64,000 bases of DNA from Longimicrobiales bacterium (GTDB lineage: Bacteria > Gemmatimonadota > Gemmatimonadetes > Longimicrobiales > Gaopeijiaceae). Shown here in pieces: positions 28,801-35,858 of this stretch. Below the pieces are notes generated by a model that saw only the letters and a list, made by a program, of their open reading frames with translations, searched no databases and was not told where the DNA came from. The stretch covers positions 2,752,001 to 2,816,000 of the forward strand of contig CBDBCF010000001.1 of the NCBI GenBank assembly GCA_965202985.1. Reading direction: 5' to 3'. Numbering within the stretch: position 1 is the stretch's first letter; the number at the start of each line of letters is the position of its first letter. Made by a program: the position numbers and the translations under genes.

Positions 28801-31186
28801 GCCCCACCGAAGCGCTCGTTATGCGCGTATTGCCCGCCACCTTCCATGCCGGGCCGTCCACTATCGTCAACGATGACGCTATCCATACACTCACGTTGAC
28901 CTGGTTGGCGGCCCTGACCGCACCGCCGTTCAGGTCGACGGCGTCGGCGAGTATCCCAACACCGTTTCCGTCGTTGATCCCCGCCTCCACGACATAGCGG
29001 AACTCCAACGCGCTCGTGCCCGACCCCGAGTGGTAGGTCGCCCACCTGGACGTGGCACCCAGCCACATTCTTATCCGCGGCGCGCCCGTCACGTTGGTCG
29101 TTTCCCTGAAAGTCAGCGTCACCTTCATCGTGTCGCCTCTGACGAACGTCGAGTCCGGGCCCGCCGAGTTGACCGACAACCCCGTCAGCTTGTTGCTCGT
29201 GGGAAGCACCTTGTGCGCCGCGGCGTCCACGACCACATGGCTCAGCAAGCTGACGATCACGTCCAGCGTCGAGGCCACCCGCCTGATCGTGCCGCCGTTC
29301 AGCGCCAGCGCGTCCGCCGAATAGCTGATCCCCGTGCTGTCGGTGTCCGCCACCACCGTGACGTAGCGGAACGACAGCGAATCCCCGCCCGTACCCGACA
29401 CGTAGCTCGCCTGCCGCGTCGCCGCGCCGATCTCCAACGCCAGCTGCGGCGTGCCCGTCACGTTCACGTTCTCGTTGAACACCACGGCTACCTCGATCGT
29501 GTCGCCGGCCGCGTAGATGCTGTCCGTCCCCGGATCGCTCGCGATCGCCGTGCCCGTCACGTGCGGCAACCCCTGCACGGCCAACACCTTGTGCGCCGCC
29601 GCGTTCGTCACCGCGTAGACACTCAACCCCAAGACCGCGTCCACCGTCGTGCTACCCGCCCGCCTGATCGTCCCGCCGTTCAGCGTCAGCGCGCTCTCGC
29701 CGATGCTCAGCCCGTCCGTGTCGACGTTTCCCGCCACCACCGGGTAGCGGAACGTCAGCGAATCGCCGCCCGTCCCCGACACGTAGCTCGCCTGTCCCGT
29801 CTGCGAACCGATCGTCAGCGCCAGCTGCGGCGTGCCCGTCACGTCCACGTTCTCGACGAACACCACGCCGACCTCGATCGTGTCGCCCACGACGTAGGCG
29901 CTGTCCGTTCCCGCGTCGCTCGCAACCGCCAAGCCCACCACCACCGGCGGCCCCTGCGAACCGTCCACCTTGTGCGCCGCCCCGTTTGCGACGACATGGG
30001 TCTTCAAGTCCAGGTGCGCGTTCCGCGTGGTGTCCCCATACACGACCGTGCCCTTGATCGTCCCCCCGTTCAGAGTCAGCGCGCTCGCCGAATAGCTGAT
30101 CCCGTCGGCGTCCGCGTCCGTCGTACGGGTGGCGTAGCGGAACGTCAGCGAATCGCCGCCGCTGCCGGAGACGTAGTCCGCCTGCCGCGTGTTCGCGCCG
30201 ATCGTCAACGCCAGCTGCGGCGTCCCCGTCACCGCCACGTTCTCGTCAAAGACCACCCCGATCTCGATCATGTCGCCCCGCACGTACGTGCTGTCCGTGC
30301 CCGCGTCGCTCGTGATCGACGCCCGCTGAACATCCGGCAGGCCCAGCAGGCCGTTGACCTTCCTGGTGGGGTCGTTCGTGATGGCATTCCCACGAAGCCC
30401 GGTGAACGCAGCCCTGCCCCCACCACTTACGCTGCCGCTCAACGCGTTCTCGGGAAGGCTGAGGCCATCCGCGTCGATGTCGTCGGTCGTAACGTAGTGC
30501 GTGAACGACAACAAATTCGGGCCGACGCCAGTATAAGCGAAGGGTACCGTCCTCGCGCCGATCTGGACGTTAAGCGTTACAGAGCCTCCCCCAGGCGCGT
30601 TGATCAAGTTGTTGAAGTAGATCGCTATCCTGATTCGGTCGCCGAAGCCGAACGTCGAGTCAGCACCCGGGCTGTCCTCAAAGACTACTGGGCCAGCGAA
30701 GCGCGTGATGCCGTCCACCTTGTGGGTCGCGGCGTTGCTGACGGCGTGCGAGCCAAGCGACAAGTTGGCGTTCGTCGTCCCGCCCGAGACTTTGATCGTC
30801 CCGTTGTTCAGCGTCAGCGCGCTGGCCCCAATGCTCACGCCGGTCGTGTCCTCGTCCGTGTCCTCGATCCTGTAGGAAAACACGAGGGAATCCGATCCGC
30901 TGCCCGACTGGTAGCCCGCCTGCCGGGTGTTCGCGCCGATCGTCAAGGCCAGCCGCGGCATGCCCGTCACCGCCACAGCCGAGTCGAACTTGACCGCGAC
31001 TCGCATATGCTCGAGCCTGCGCCAAAGCGAATCTCCCTCTGCCGCGGCGTTCGGGAACACGACGTCCGTCACGGTCGGCGCAGCCTGAGCGCTCGCTTCC
31101 GCCGGGAGGGTGGCCCCGAACGCTCCCAGCAGGCCGAGCGCCGCCAACGCAGTTCGCGCTACAACGCCCAGCATGCGCGGCCGCAC
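19889..31186 (-). CDS. Giant (3765 aa) adhesin-like protein: signal peptide, 19 ~120-aa beta-rich repeats, 5 cadherin domains, 1 Ig-like domain, autotransporter-like beta-barrel
   Basis: Repeats VTGTPQLALTIG..RQASYASG.G...L.F.Y.V...D.DADG.SI...AL.LNGGTI (~23780-31080); cadherin ELAEN, DPD and DVNEAP motifs (~22250-23770); FRDPDGDALAY; amphipathic strands from GWTVWGQ (~21230) to terminal RIVFE. Confidence 0.88.
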   Translation of the reverse strand: MRPRMLGVVARTALAALGLLGAFGATLPAEASAQAAPTVTDVVFPNAAAEGDSLWRRLEHMRVAVKFDSAVAVTGMPRLALTIGANTRQAGYQSGSGSDSLVFSYRIEDTDEDTTGVSIGASALTLNNGTIKVSGGTTNANLSLGSHAVSNAATHKVDGITRFAGPVVFEDSPGADSTFGFGDRIRIAIYFNNLINAPGGGSVTLNVQIGARTVPFAYTGVGPNLLSFTHYVTTDDIDADGLSLPENALSGSVSGGGRAAFTGLRGNAITNDPTRKVNGLLGLPDVQRASITSDAGTDSTYVRGDMIEIGVVFDENVAVTGTPQLALTIGANTRQADYVSGSGGDSLTFRYATRTTDADADGISYSASALTLNGGTIKGTVVYGDTTRNAHLDLKTHVVANGAAHKVDGSQGPPVVVGLAVASDAGTDSAYVVGDTIEVGVVFVENVDVTGTPQLALTIGSQTGQASYVSGTGGDSLTFRYPVVAGNVDTDGLSIGESALTLNGGTIRRAGSTTVDAVLGLSVYAVTNAAAHKVLAVQGLPHVTGTAIASDPGTDSIYAAGDTIEVAVVFNENVNVTGTPQLALEIGAATRQASYVSGTGGDSLSFRYVTVVADTDSTGISYSADALALNGGTIRRVASTLDVIVSLLSHVVVDAAAHKVLPTSNKLTGLSVNSAGPDSTFVRGDTMKVTLTFRETTNVTGAPRIRMWLGATSRWATYHSGSGTSALEFRYVVEAGINDGNGVGILADAVDLNGGAVRAANQVNVSVWIASSLTIVDGPAWKVAGNTRITSASVGRPPTGNVFERGDTIVVTMVYSDSVDVTGVPTAWLNFASATHNPALYASGTGTDTLKFRYVVQAADSDPNGLSLYGNAIQLTGGSTIREAGTTTSAFHDTPWPHLGQNALTNSPDHIVAGAERITSVSLGPPPVGDTFERGDTIKVIVVYSGSVDVTGVPTVWMNIGTNNYAGATYASGTGTDTLEFHRVVEATDVDGDGISIGGNALQLTGTPASTITDAGTNVAVLGGTPWGTTTNAITNSGGHKVQGGTFTATAVSGVAVTSTPSSGDTYELGERIEIGVSFNRGVVVTGTPWLALEIGSDTVQASYASGSGTKTLAFRYTVTAADADPTGISIGASALALNGGTIGDGRDTTVAASLALGSNAIADATAHKVDGAQGPPGVAGLVVGSPLVGDTFERGETIEVSVAFNKSVDVTGTPQLALGIGSATKQADYAVGTGTDTLMFRYEVVTADVDADGLSIGSGALALNGGTIRVSGGTTDAVLGLGVHAITNSTGHKVAGGTFTASAPSGVAIASAPSSDSTYGRTEMIEVEVTFTRPVDVTGTPQLALTIDTLTRQASYASGSGTKTLAFRYTVVAADADSTGIGIAASALALNGGTIADARDGSTAASLGLGSHAIANAAAHKVDGSLGPPGVTSLTIGSPVVGDVFERGETIEVELEFNRAVDVTGTPRLALTIGSATRQASYASGTGTTSLVFRYVVASGDADADGLSIGSGALTLSGGTIRLAGGTLDATLGLGVGVVVTNSGGHQVSGSTFTTPAVSAVTISSVPASGQTYQLGESIEVKVAFGRPVAVTGSPRLALTIGTQTRQASWESATSKADTLVFGYAIRPADADTDGLSIGASALTLNGGAIADVRPGAAAAELGLGANAVSNAASHKVNGSLGPPGVVGLTVAAPPVDDTFERGDTIVATVTFNKAVDATGAPQLALLIGAQQVGAYASAATGTTSLEFRYVVISGDADTDGLSIRANALTLNGGTIDVAGGTTDALLSLAHHAISNASGRRVAGGTFTAASVSAVSITSSPAGGGTYGLSEEIGVNVTFNRNVAVTGSPELALTIGSQTRQASYVTTTGGRVLSFAYTVVAADADGNGLSIGASALSLNGGTIADARDANEAASLGLGGHAISNSGAHRVDGNQGPPGVSAVSIASPVVGDVFERGDTVVATVVFNKAVDVTGTPQLALGIGSTTKQASYASGTGTASLVFRYVVVTADADVDGISIAAGALALNGGTIDVAGGTVDAVLGLGAHAISNSAGHKVAGGTFTAASVSGVSLTSSPAVATTYGRDERIEVQVTFNRRVAVTGTPRVALTVGAQTRQADYASGTGTRALTFRYVVVAADADTDGIEVGASALALNSGTIADARDGSTAAALGLGSHALSAAAGHKVDGTLAGASVTGVAVSSTPDSADTYGLGERIEVEVTFDRAVTVTGAPRLALTVGTVARQASYADGSGTATLSFAYRVRGAGSGGSGTGGVDADADGVGVAAAALTLNGGTIVNTADGVRPATLGLGAHAIAAAANDKVDGTVEVAPVVVGVAVTSEPVATGLYGAGGVIRVEVTFSRPVEVAGASSSPALAALMTAANTAGARLAIDVGGTTRHARYVSGSGTTVLVFEYVVLPADRDPDGISIPADALAEAAGALRIAGGQAAAVLDLGAHAVTDLTDHAVNGAGSLDPVFGRLEYEFELAENVAGPLPVGEVVATSPLGAEMRYGLESGGEGLFEVDVSSGVVTYVGGGEDAEQRSEYVMLVVAVTDGVGEDEQLETVAKVTVKVMNENDEAPSFVEERWVFELAEDVAGPLVLGVLEAADLDEGDTLTYALVAGDAQRFELDAGTGELRYVGGGEDYEGGAGPWVLEATATDLLGRTARTTATVVVADVNEAPAFADSAYAFELAENAAGPLVLGAVRATDPDRDDPPAYSLAEGDAERFEVDAVTGELRYVGEGEDAETGPESWALEVRATDRGGVAASARVVVALLDRNEAPVFAAEVYEWEFEENVAGPLVLGSVEAADPDRADTLVYSLSGEGAALFEVDAETGEVRYAGEGEDYEAGPERWEFEVVATDGEGLAARAVATVALLDVNEAPAFADSAYAFELAENAAGPLMLGAVEATDPDRGDAPAYSLAEGDAERFEVDARTGALQYVGSGEDYEQGPPSFALTVRATDAGGLTAEAGVVVTLLDVNEGPEAVGAMSPKTLEAYGDAVEEELAQYFRDPDGDALAYAVESSSPAVAAATVTGAGRLSIVPHAIGEAVVTVLASDPGGLSVRQQVRVTVEASRSERARALELTLAAFGRSLGTETVEAVGGRLGLGSSGALGRSHVQLGGRSLACGTGGSDVFGAGGFADVAAAADGRTDIEGDVANAVHGQADDGQGNAAAGGSGQAAGGGNGDAGGSGHCGLESLVRGATGLLGLQIVHPGSPDAAGGTVDLAALFFGDGRGGAFGQPTAGGAGGMTGMGGMGGAYQGRQQPEAGRADRGGLTFNPVDARGLRSQSSFQLAFGGSDAPADASSAGASVSSQAAVRLGWTVWGQANLGEFEGRPQDGFAMDGRTRSAYLGLDYRFASGVLMGLAGSRSDMEAGFDSDVNGAGSVDARLTSLYPYLHWSSGGGFGVWGLAGAGRGDATLEESAGGRFDTDLEMRMGALGVRQELTGGLALKADAFAVRILSDDVAGLAGVTADAQRVRLAPEIGGQWQLGGGLAMRTRLEVGGRFDGGDAETGMGAEAGAEVGLAHQASGFSMTARGRALLVHQERDFKDWGAGFSLRLQPGGGGEGGGLSFSVEPTWGDAGRGARALWQGGAEVWRTAGAGGFGAPGGAARPVGANVPAGTGLAHNPGDPSAQGASAADGGPTAGSQASLGLPASSGLLAATGAPGWAPDRVAMEVGYGVLLPGGNQVKPFGRWSREGPTGHRVNVGTRWSLLGGETTGQLTESPGTRSPGLQLMMDLFGEHVASGVQPPERRIGLSGRIVFE

Positions 31187-31196
31187 GGCACTGTAA

Positions 31197-31216
31197 GGGG
31201 GGGGGGGGGGGGGGGG
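31197..31216. repeat. G20 homopolymer (C20 on coding strand) just upstream of the giant ORF
   Basis: 20 consecutive G counted directly. Confidence 0.95.
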
Positions 31217-31238
31217 CTCAAGCTAACTGTCGGTTGTT

Positions 31239-31556
31239 TCATGGCGCGGCGCTGATGATGTGGTGGAGGACATGGAAACGGAAACCGGGCCGCTCCCAGT
31301 GTGTCCGGCCCGAGTTCAAGCAACATCGGTGCGCGATGGGGGGCTTGTGCCGCGAGGCCGCGGCCTGGCGTCGCAACCGATGCTGGCGCGCGGGGCCGAA
31401 ACATGGTCGGCCACACCGCAGGCCGCTCGCCGCCGGTCCTCGCCCTACCTTGCCGAAGCCCGACGGCGCGGCCGTCTGCACGGCGGGTTCGAGGGCGGAG
31501 GCACCTTGCCGACACAAAACGGGGGGGGGGGGGGGGGGGGAGGAGGATTTCGTCAT
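31239..31556 (-). CDS. Short leader ORF (MTKSSSPPPPPP...) containing a poly-C tract; possibly a frameshifted 5' part of the adhesin gene
   Basis: ATG at 31556; its TGA overlaps a second ATG at 31242; no recognisable domain. Confidence 0.35.
   Translation of the reverse strand: MTKSSSPPPPPPVLCRQGASALEPAVQTAAPSGFGKVGRGPAASGLRCGRPCFGPARQHRLRRQAAASRHKPPIAHRCCLNSGRTHWERPGFRFHVLHHIISAAP
31521..31540. repeat. Second G20 homopolymer (C20 on coding strand)
   Basis: 20 consecutive G counted directly. Confidence 0.95.
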
Positions 31557-31626
31557 CGTTTTCGCCGCCTAGATTGCTTGCTGGAACCGACTTCCGGACG
31601 TTGCGCGGCAAAATATACAACCTTGC

Positions 31627-32067
31627 TCAGAGCGGCACCACGGCCGTGGCCTCCACTTCGACCAGGGCCGCCGGGTGGACCAGAGCGGATACGGCCACGA
31701 GGGACATGGCGGGGAAGTGCTTGCCGAAGACCGCCCGGTATTGGACCCCGATCTCGGACAGGGAGCTGCGGTAGGCCGTCATGTCGGTGACGTAGACGAC
31801 CATGCGCCCCACGTCGGCCGGGCGACCTCCGGCAGCCTCCACGACCCGCGCCACGTTGGCCAGCGCCGCGCCGAACTGCTCGGGCAGCGTCGAGGCCGCG
31901 ATTCGCCCGGAGGAGTCCGCGGCGATCTGACCCGCCACGAAGAGCGCGCGGCCGCCGGGGCGCGCCAGCATTCCGTTGTTCCAGCCCCGGGGACGGCCGA
32001 GCGCGGGAGGGTTGACGATCTCGAAGGCCGGCGAAGGCTCGACCGCCGGGGCGCCTCCGGCGGACAT
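31627..32067 (-). CDS. Rid (YjgF/YER057c/UK114) family protein lacking the catalytic Arg
   Basis: IVNPPALGRPRGW, LFVAGQ, FPAMSLVAVSAL..P.ALVEVEATA; possible own ATG at 32067; in frame with the upstream SDR fragment. Confidence 0.85.
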   Translation of the reverse strand: MSAGGAPAVEPSPAFEIVNPPALGRPRGWNNGMLARPGGRALFVAGQIAADSSGRIAASTLPEQFGAALANVARVVEAAGGRPADVGRMVVYVTDMTAYRSSLSEIGVQYRAVFGKHFPAMSLVAVSALVHPAALVEVEATAVVPL

Positions 32068-32538
32068 GCGCGCCATCACGTCTTGGGCCACCTCCTCGGG
32101 CTGAAGCAGGCGGCCTTCGGGCTGAGTCCGGGCGATCCGGTCCCGCACCTCGTCCGGGGTTCGGCCGGTCTTGGCCGCGACGCGACGCGCGTTCTCGTCG
32201 GTCATGGGCGTGTCCACGTAGCCCGGGCAAACCGCGTCGGCCACGACGCCCGTGCCGGCGAGCTCGGCCGCCAGGCACCGGGTCATGCCCAGGAGGGCGT
32301 GCTTGGAGGCGGCATACGCGGCGATGTACCGGGCGCCGGCCAGGGCGACCACCGAGGCCACGTTGACGATGCGCCCCCACCGCTGTTCCAGCATCGCGGG
32401 GAGGAACGCCTGGGTGCACAAGAGCGGTCCGGTGGCGTTCACGCGGTGAAGGGTTTCCCAATCGTCGAGCGAGATTCGGGCGAACGGCGCCGAAGCGGAC
32501 GCCCCGGCGTTGTTGACAAGGACGAGAGGCGGCGTGCC
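32068..32538 (-). pseudogene. Short-chain dehydrogenase fragment lacking the N-terminal GxxxGxG and the usual C-terminus
   Basis: LVNNAG, GRIVNVAS, YAASK, AVCPGYVDT present; 5' end abuts transposase sequence. Confidence 0.8.
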
Positions 32539-33112
32539 CCTTGACCAGACGGTCCTGAGCCGTCCCGAAGCTGCGCTCGACCCGCCCCTTCGCCTGTGGC
32601 GAGCCCGCAAGGATCAACTCGACTCCCAGTTCGCCCAGACCCCAGGCGATGATCGTGTCCGTCCGCCTCTCCTTCGCCGCCATCCACTGCCCGAAGTGAC
32701 CGGCGTGGTCGGTGTAGAACGCCAGTGGCCGGCCGCGGCGCCGCAGATACGCGATCAGCGCCCGGTCGTCCGCACCCGGTCCTCCAGGCCAGGGATGCAC
32801 TGAACTGTCCCACTGCGCCAGCTCGCCCAGCGCCGCCCCCGCCGAGGACGCCGGCTCCGATGCCTCGCCCGCTTGCGCTTGCGCGTCCACAGCCCGGCCC
32901 CTGCATCCAGCGCCGAACCGTCTCGGAACTGGCCCGCACTCCGCAGCGCCGCTCCACGTGCTCGGCCAGCAGCGTCGGGCCGAAGTCCCGGTACATCGCC
33001 TCCGACGCCACCCCCAGCACCGCCTCGCGAACCGCCGGAGGCAGCGCCTGGTTCGACGACCGCCCGCAGAGACCGTGGATCACCACGCCGTCGCCTTCCG
33101 CCTCGAGCCGAC
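32539..33112 (-). mobile_element. Degraded ISNCY/IS1202-type (IS481-like) transposase remnant
   Basis: Across several frames: VIHGLCGRSSN, YRDFGPTLLAEH, SETVRRWM, GELAQWDSS.HPW, PLAFYTD, SPQAKGRVERSFGTAQDRLVK; frameshifts and an internal deletion. Confidence 0.88.
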
Positions 33113-33113
33113 G

Positions 33114-33142
33114 TTGACTCTCCCGGCGCTTCGTTGTAGCCT
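33114..33142 (+). promoter_or_regulatory. Putative sigma70 promoter of the SAM riboswitch-metXB transcript
   Basis: TTGACT (33114-33119), 17 bp, TAGCCT (33137-33142), ending 13 nt before the riboswitch P1. Confidence 0.6.
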
Positions 33143-33155
33143 TCCGCCACGACCA

Positions 33156-33267
33156 CTCATCGAGACCGGCTGAGGGACAGGCCCGAAGAAGCCGGGGCAA
33201 CCTGTGGAAGGTGGCTCTTCCACTGATGTGCCAACTCCTGCGGCGGAAAGAACGCCGAAAAGATGAG
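33156..33267 (+). ncRNA. SAM-I riboswitch (S-box)
   Basis: CTCATCGAGA...GAGGGACAGGCCC..GAAGCC..GCAACC...GTGCCAACTCC...AGATGAG consensus, P1 CTCATC/GATGAG, directly upstream of methionine genes. Confidence 0.93.
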
Positions 33268-33373
33268 CCGCCCACGGCGTCCGTAGGCTTCGGGCGCGCG
33301 GCCTCGCACGAAACTGGGCGTCGATTCTCCGGGAGTCCGATGGGGCCACTCGAACAACCGGAGGCTTTTCCTC

Positions 33374-34468
33374 ATGGCTTGCAACGTCGCCGCCCGCCAC
33401 GGCCCCAAAGCCGTCCACGACGGCGCCACCGGACGCGTCCGCGTTCCCGTCGTCTTCGACCACTTGGGCGAACGCGGGGTCACGGTGTCCTACCAACTCC
33501 ACGGTCCCGTCCAAGCCGCCCATGCCCGCGCCGCCCCCGTGGTGGTGCTGGGGGGCATCTCGGCCGGTCGCCGCTTGGCCCCGACCCCCGACGACCCCGG
33601 CAGGGGATGGTGGCCCGGCGTCGTGGGTTCCGGCTCGGCTCTGGACCCGTCGCGGCGCCGCCTGGTCGGGATCGACTACCTGGGCGGGCCGACGCCGGAC
33701 GGGGACCTGCTCCGTCCCGTGACTAGCCACGACCAAGCGCGAGCGCTGGCGGCGCTGCTGGACCGGCTGGAGATGCCGCGCGCCTCGCTGGTGGGAGCGT
33801 CCTACGGCGGGATGGTGGCGCTGGCCTTCGCCGAGCTCTTCCCGGAGCGGGTGTCCAGGCTGGTCGTGCTGTGCGCGGCCCACCGCACCCACCCCATGGC
33901 CACGGCGTGGCGGTCCGTGCAGCGCGAAACGGTTCGCTTGGGCGTGCGCGCGGGGCGGGGCGCCGAAGGCCTTGCCCTGGCCCGCGCCCTGGCGATGACT
34001 ACCTACCGAAGCGTTGACGAGTTCAAGGAGCGCTTCTCGCCCAGGCCGTTGCCGTCGGTGACGCCGGAGTCGGGGCAATCGGCCAGCCGCTGCGATGTCC
34101 GCCCGCACCGCGGCGCCGGTCGCCCCGACGGTCCCGTCTTCCCCGTGGAGAACTACCTGCGCGCCCGAGGCGCCGACTTTGCGGGCCGCTTCGACCCGGA
34201 ACGCTTCCTGGCGCTCTCCGAGTCGATCGATCTCCACTGGACCGAGCCGGGCTCGCTGCCCCCGGCGACGCTCCTCGTGTCTGTGGCAAGCGACATCCTG
34301 GTTCCCCCGTGGTTGGTGGACCGCTTGGTCGAGGCAGGCGGAGGCGAGGCCGGCCACGTCGTCCTCGAGTCGCCGTTCGGCCACGACGCGTTTCTCAAGG
34401 AGACCGAGCACGTCTCGGCGTTCGTGCGCTCGGGGTTGGCCCTGGACAACGACGAGGCGACCCCGTGA
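33374..34468 (+). CDS. metX: Homoserine O-acyl(succinyl/acetyl)transferase, alpha/beta hydrolase fold
   Basis: LGGISA, GWW..VVG, GASYGGMV nucleophile elbow, LSESIDLH, FGHDAFLKE; under a SAM riboswitch. Confidence 0.88.
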   Translation: MACNVAARHGPKAVHDGATGRVRVPVVFDHLGERGVTVSYQLHGPVQAAHARAAPVVVLGGISAGRRLAPTPDDPGRGWWPGVVGSGSALDPSRRRLVGIDYLGGPTPDGDLLRPVTSHDQARALAALLDRLEMPRASLVGASYGGMVALAFAELFPERVSRLVVLCAAHRTHPMATAWRSVQRETVRLGVRAGRGAEGLALARALAMTTYRSVDEFKERFSPRPLPSVTPESGQSASRCDVRPHRGAGRPDGPVFPVENYLRARGADFAGRFDPERFLALSESIDLHWTEPGSLPPATLLVSVASDILVPPWLVDRLVEAGGGEAGHVVLESPFGHDAFLKETEHVSAFVRSGLALDNDEATP

Positions 34469-35802
34469 GCGCCGAAAACGGGACGCGGTCCGGCGCGCCG
34501 GAACCCAAGTCGCTCCTGCCGGCGACGCCCGGCGGCTCCGCGCGTCGGGTCTCGCGTCCAACCGTCGACTCTCCCGCCGAGCCTTCGCTGGTCACCCGCG
34601 CCGTGCGCGCCGGCATCGGGGCCGACGTCGCCCATCGCGCCGTGATGCCGCCGATCCACCTCTCGTCGAACTACCTCTTCCAGTCGCCCGGCGTGTACGA
34701 GCGGTACGACTACACCCGGACCGCCAACCCCACCCGCGACCTGGCCGCGGCCGCCATCGCCGACCTGGAGGGCGGCCGCGGCGCGGTCGTGACCTCTTCC
34801 GGCATGGCGGCCGTCGCCGTCGCCACCCGCCTGCTCTCGGCGGGGGAGCTGCTGGTGGCGCCCCACGACTGCTACGGCGGTTGCCACCGGCTCTTCACGG
34901 CGGAGCAGCGGCGGGGCGCCTGCCGCGTGCGCTTCGTGGACCAGACCCGGCCCGGCGCGATGGAGGAGGTCCGCGCCGCCCGACCGCGGATGATCTGGCT
35001 GGAGACGCCGAGCAACCCCCTCATGCGGATCGTGGACATCGCCGCCTGGGCGTGCCTGGCCCGGGAGATCGGCGCGGTATGCGTGGCCGACAACACGTTC
35101 CTGTCGCCCGTGAACCAGCGTCCGCTGTCGCTGGGCGCCGACGTCGTGATCCACTCCACCACCAAGTTCATCAACGGTCACAGCGACATCGTGGGGGGCG
35201 CGGCGGTCGCCGCCGACGAGAGCGTCCACGAGCAGCTCGCTTGGTGGGCCAACGCGCTGGGCGTCACGGGCGCGCCCTTCGACTCCTTCCTCGCCCTTCG
35301 AGGCGTTCGCACCCTTCACGCCCGCAGCCGGGTTCACGAGGAGAACGCTCTTCGCGTGGTGGACCTGCTGTGCCGCAGCGACGTGGTGGAGCAAGTCAAT
35401 CACCCCAGTCTGCCCGGCCGTCCCGGTCACGAGATCGCTCGCGCGCAACAGCTGGGCTGGGGAAGCCTTCTCTCCTTCGAACTGCGGGGCGGGCGTGCGG
35501 CGGCGGAGGCGTTCGTGGACGGGCTTCGGCACTTCGCCCTGGCCGAGTCCCTGGGCGGCGTGGAGAGCCTCGTGTCGCATCCCTGGACGATGACTCACGC
35601 GTCGATGGACGTGCCCGCGCGCACGGCGGCAGGGATCGGCGAGGGACTGCTGCGCCTGTCGGTGGGGATCGAGTCCGCGGACGACTTGGAGGTCGACCTG
35701 GAACAAGCCCTGCGCCGGGCGGAGAAGGCAGCGGCGGGCAAGGACACCTTGCGATGCCCGGCAAGAAGTCGTCGTCTTGCCGGTGCTCGGAGTCGCCCGT
35801 AG
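34465..35802 (+). CDS. metB: Cystathionine gamma-synthase
   Basis: YDYTRTANPTR, SSGMAA, DCYGG, ETPSNP, DNTF, HSTTKFINGHSD (PLP lysine), AESLGGVESL; GTG overlaps metX TGA. Confidence 0.92.
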   Translation: MSAENGTRSGAPEPKSLLPATPGGSARRVSRPTVDSPAEPSLVTRAVRAGIGADVAHRAVMPPIHLSSNYLFQSPGVYERYDYTRTANPTRDLAAAAIADLEGGRGAVVTSSGMAAVAVATRLLSAGELLVAPHDCYGGCHRLFTAEQRRGACRVRFVDQTRPGAMEEVRAARPRMIWLETPSNPLMRIVDIAAWACLAREIGAVCVADNTFLSPVNQRPLSLGADVVIHSTTKFINGHSDIVGGAAVAADESVHEQLAWWANALGVTGAPFDSFLALRGVRTLHARSRVHEENALRVVDLLCRSDVVEQVNHPSLPGRPGHEIARAQQLGWGSLLSFELRGGRAAAEAFVDGLRHFALAESLGGVESLVSHPWTMTHASMDVPARTAAGIGEGLLRLSVGIESADDLEVDLEQALRRAEKAAAGKDTLRCPARSRRLAGARSRP

Positions 35803-35858
35803 CCGACCGGGACCCGGCCCGAGACGCCGGTCGCAGGCACGCCTCCGACGTTGCGACC

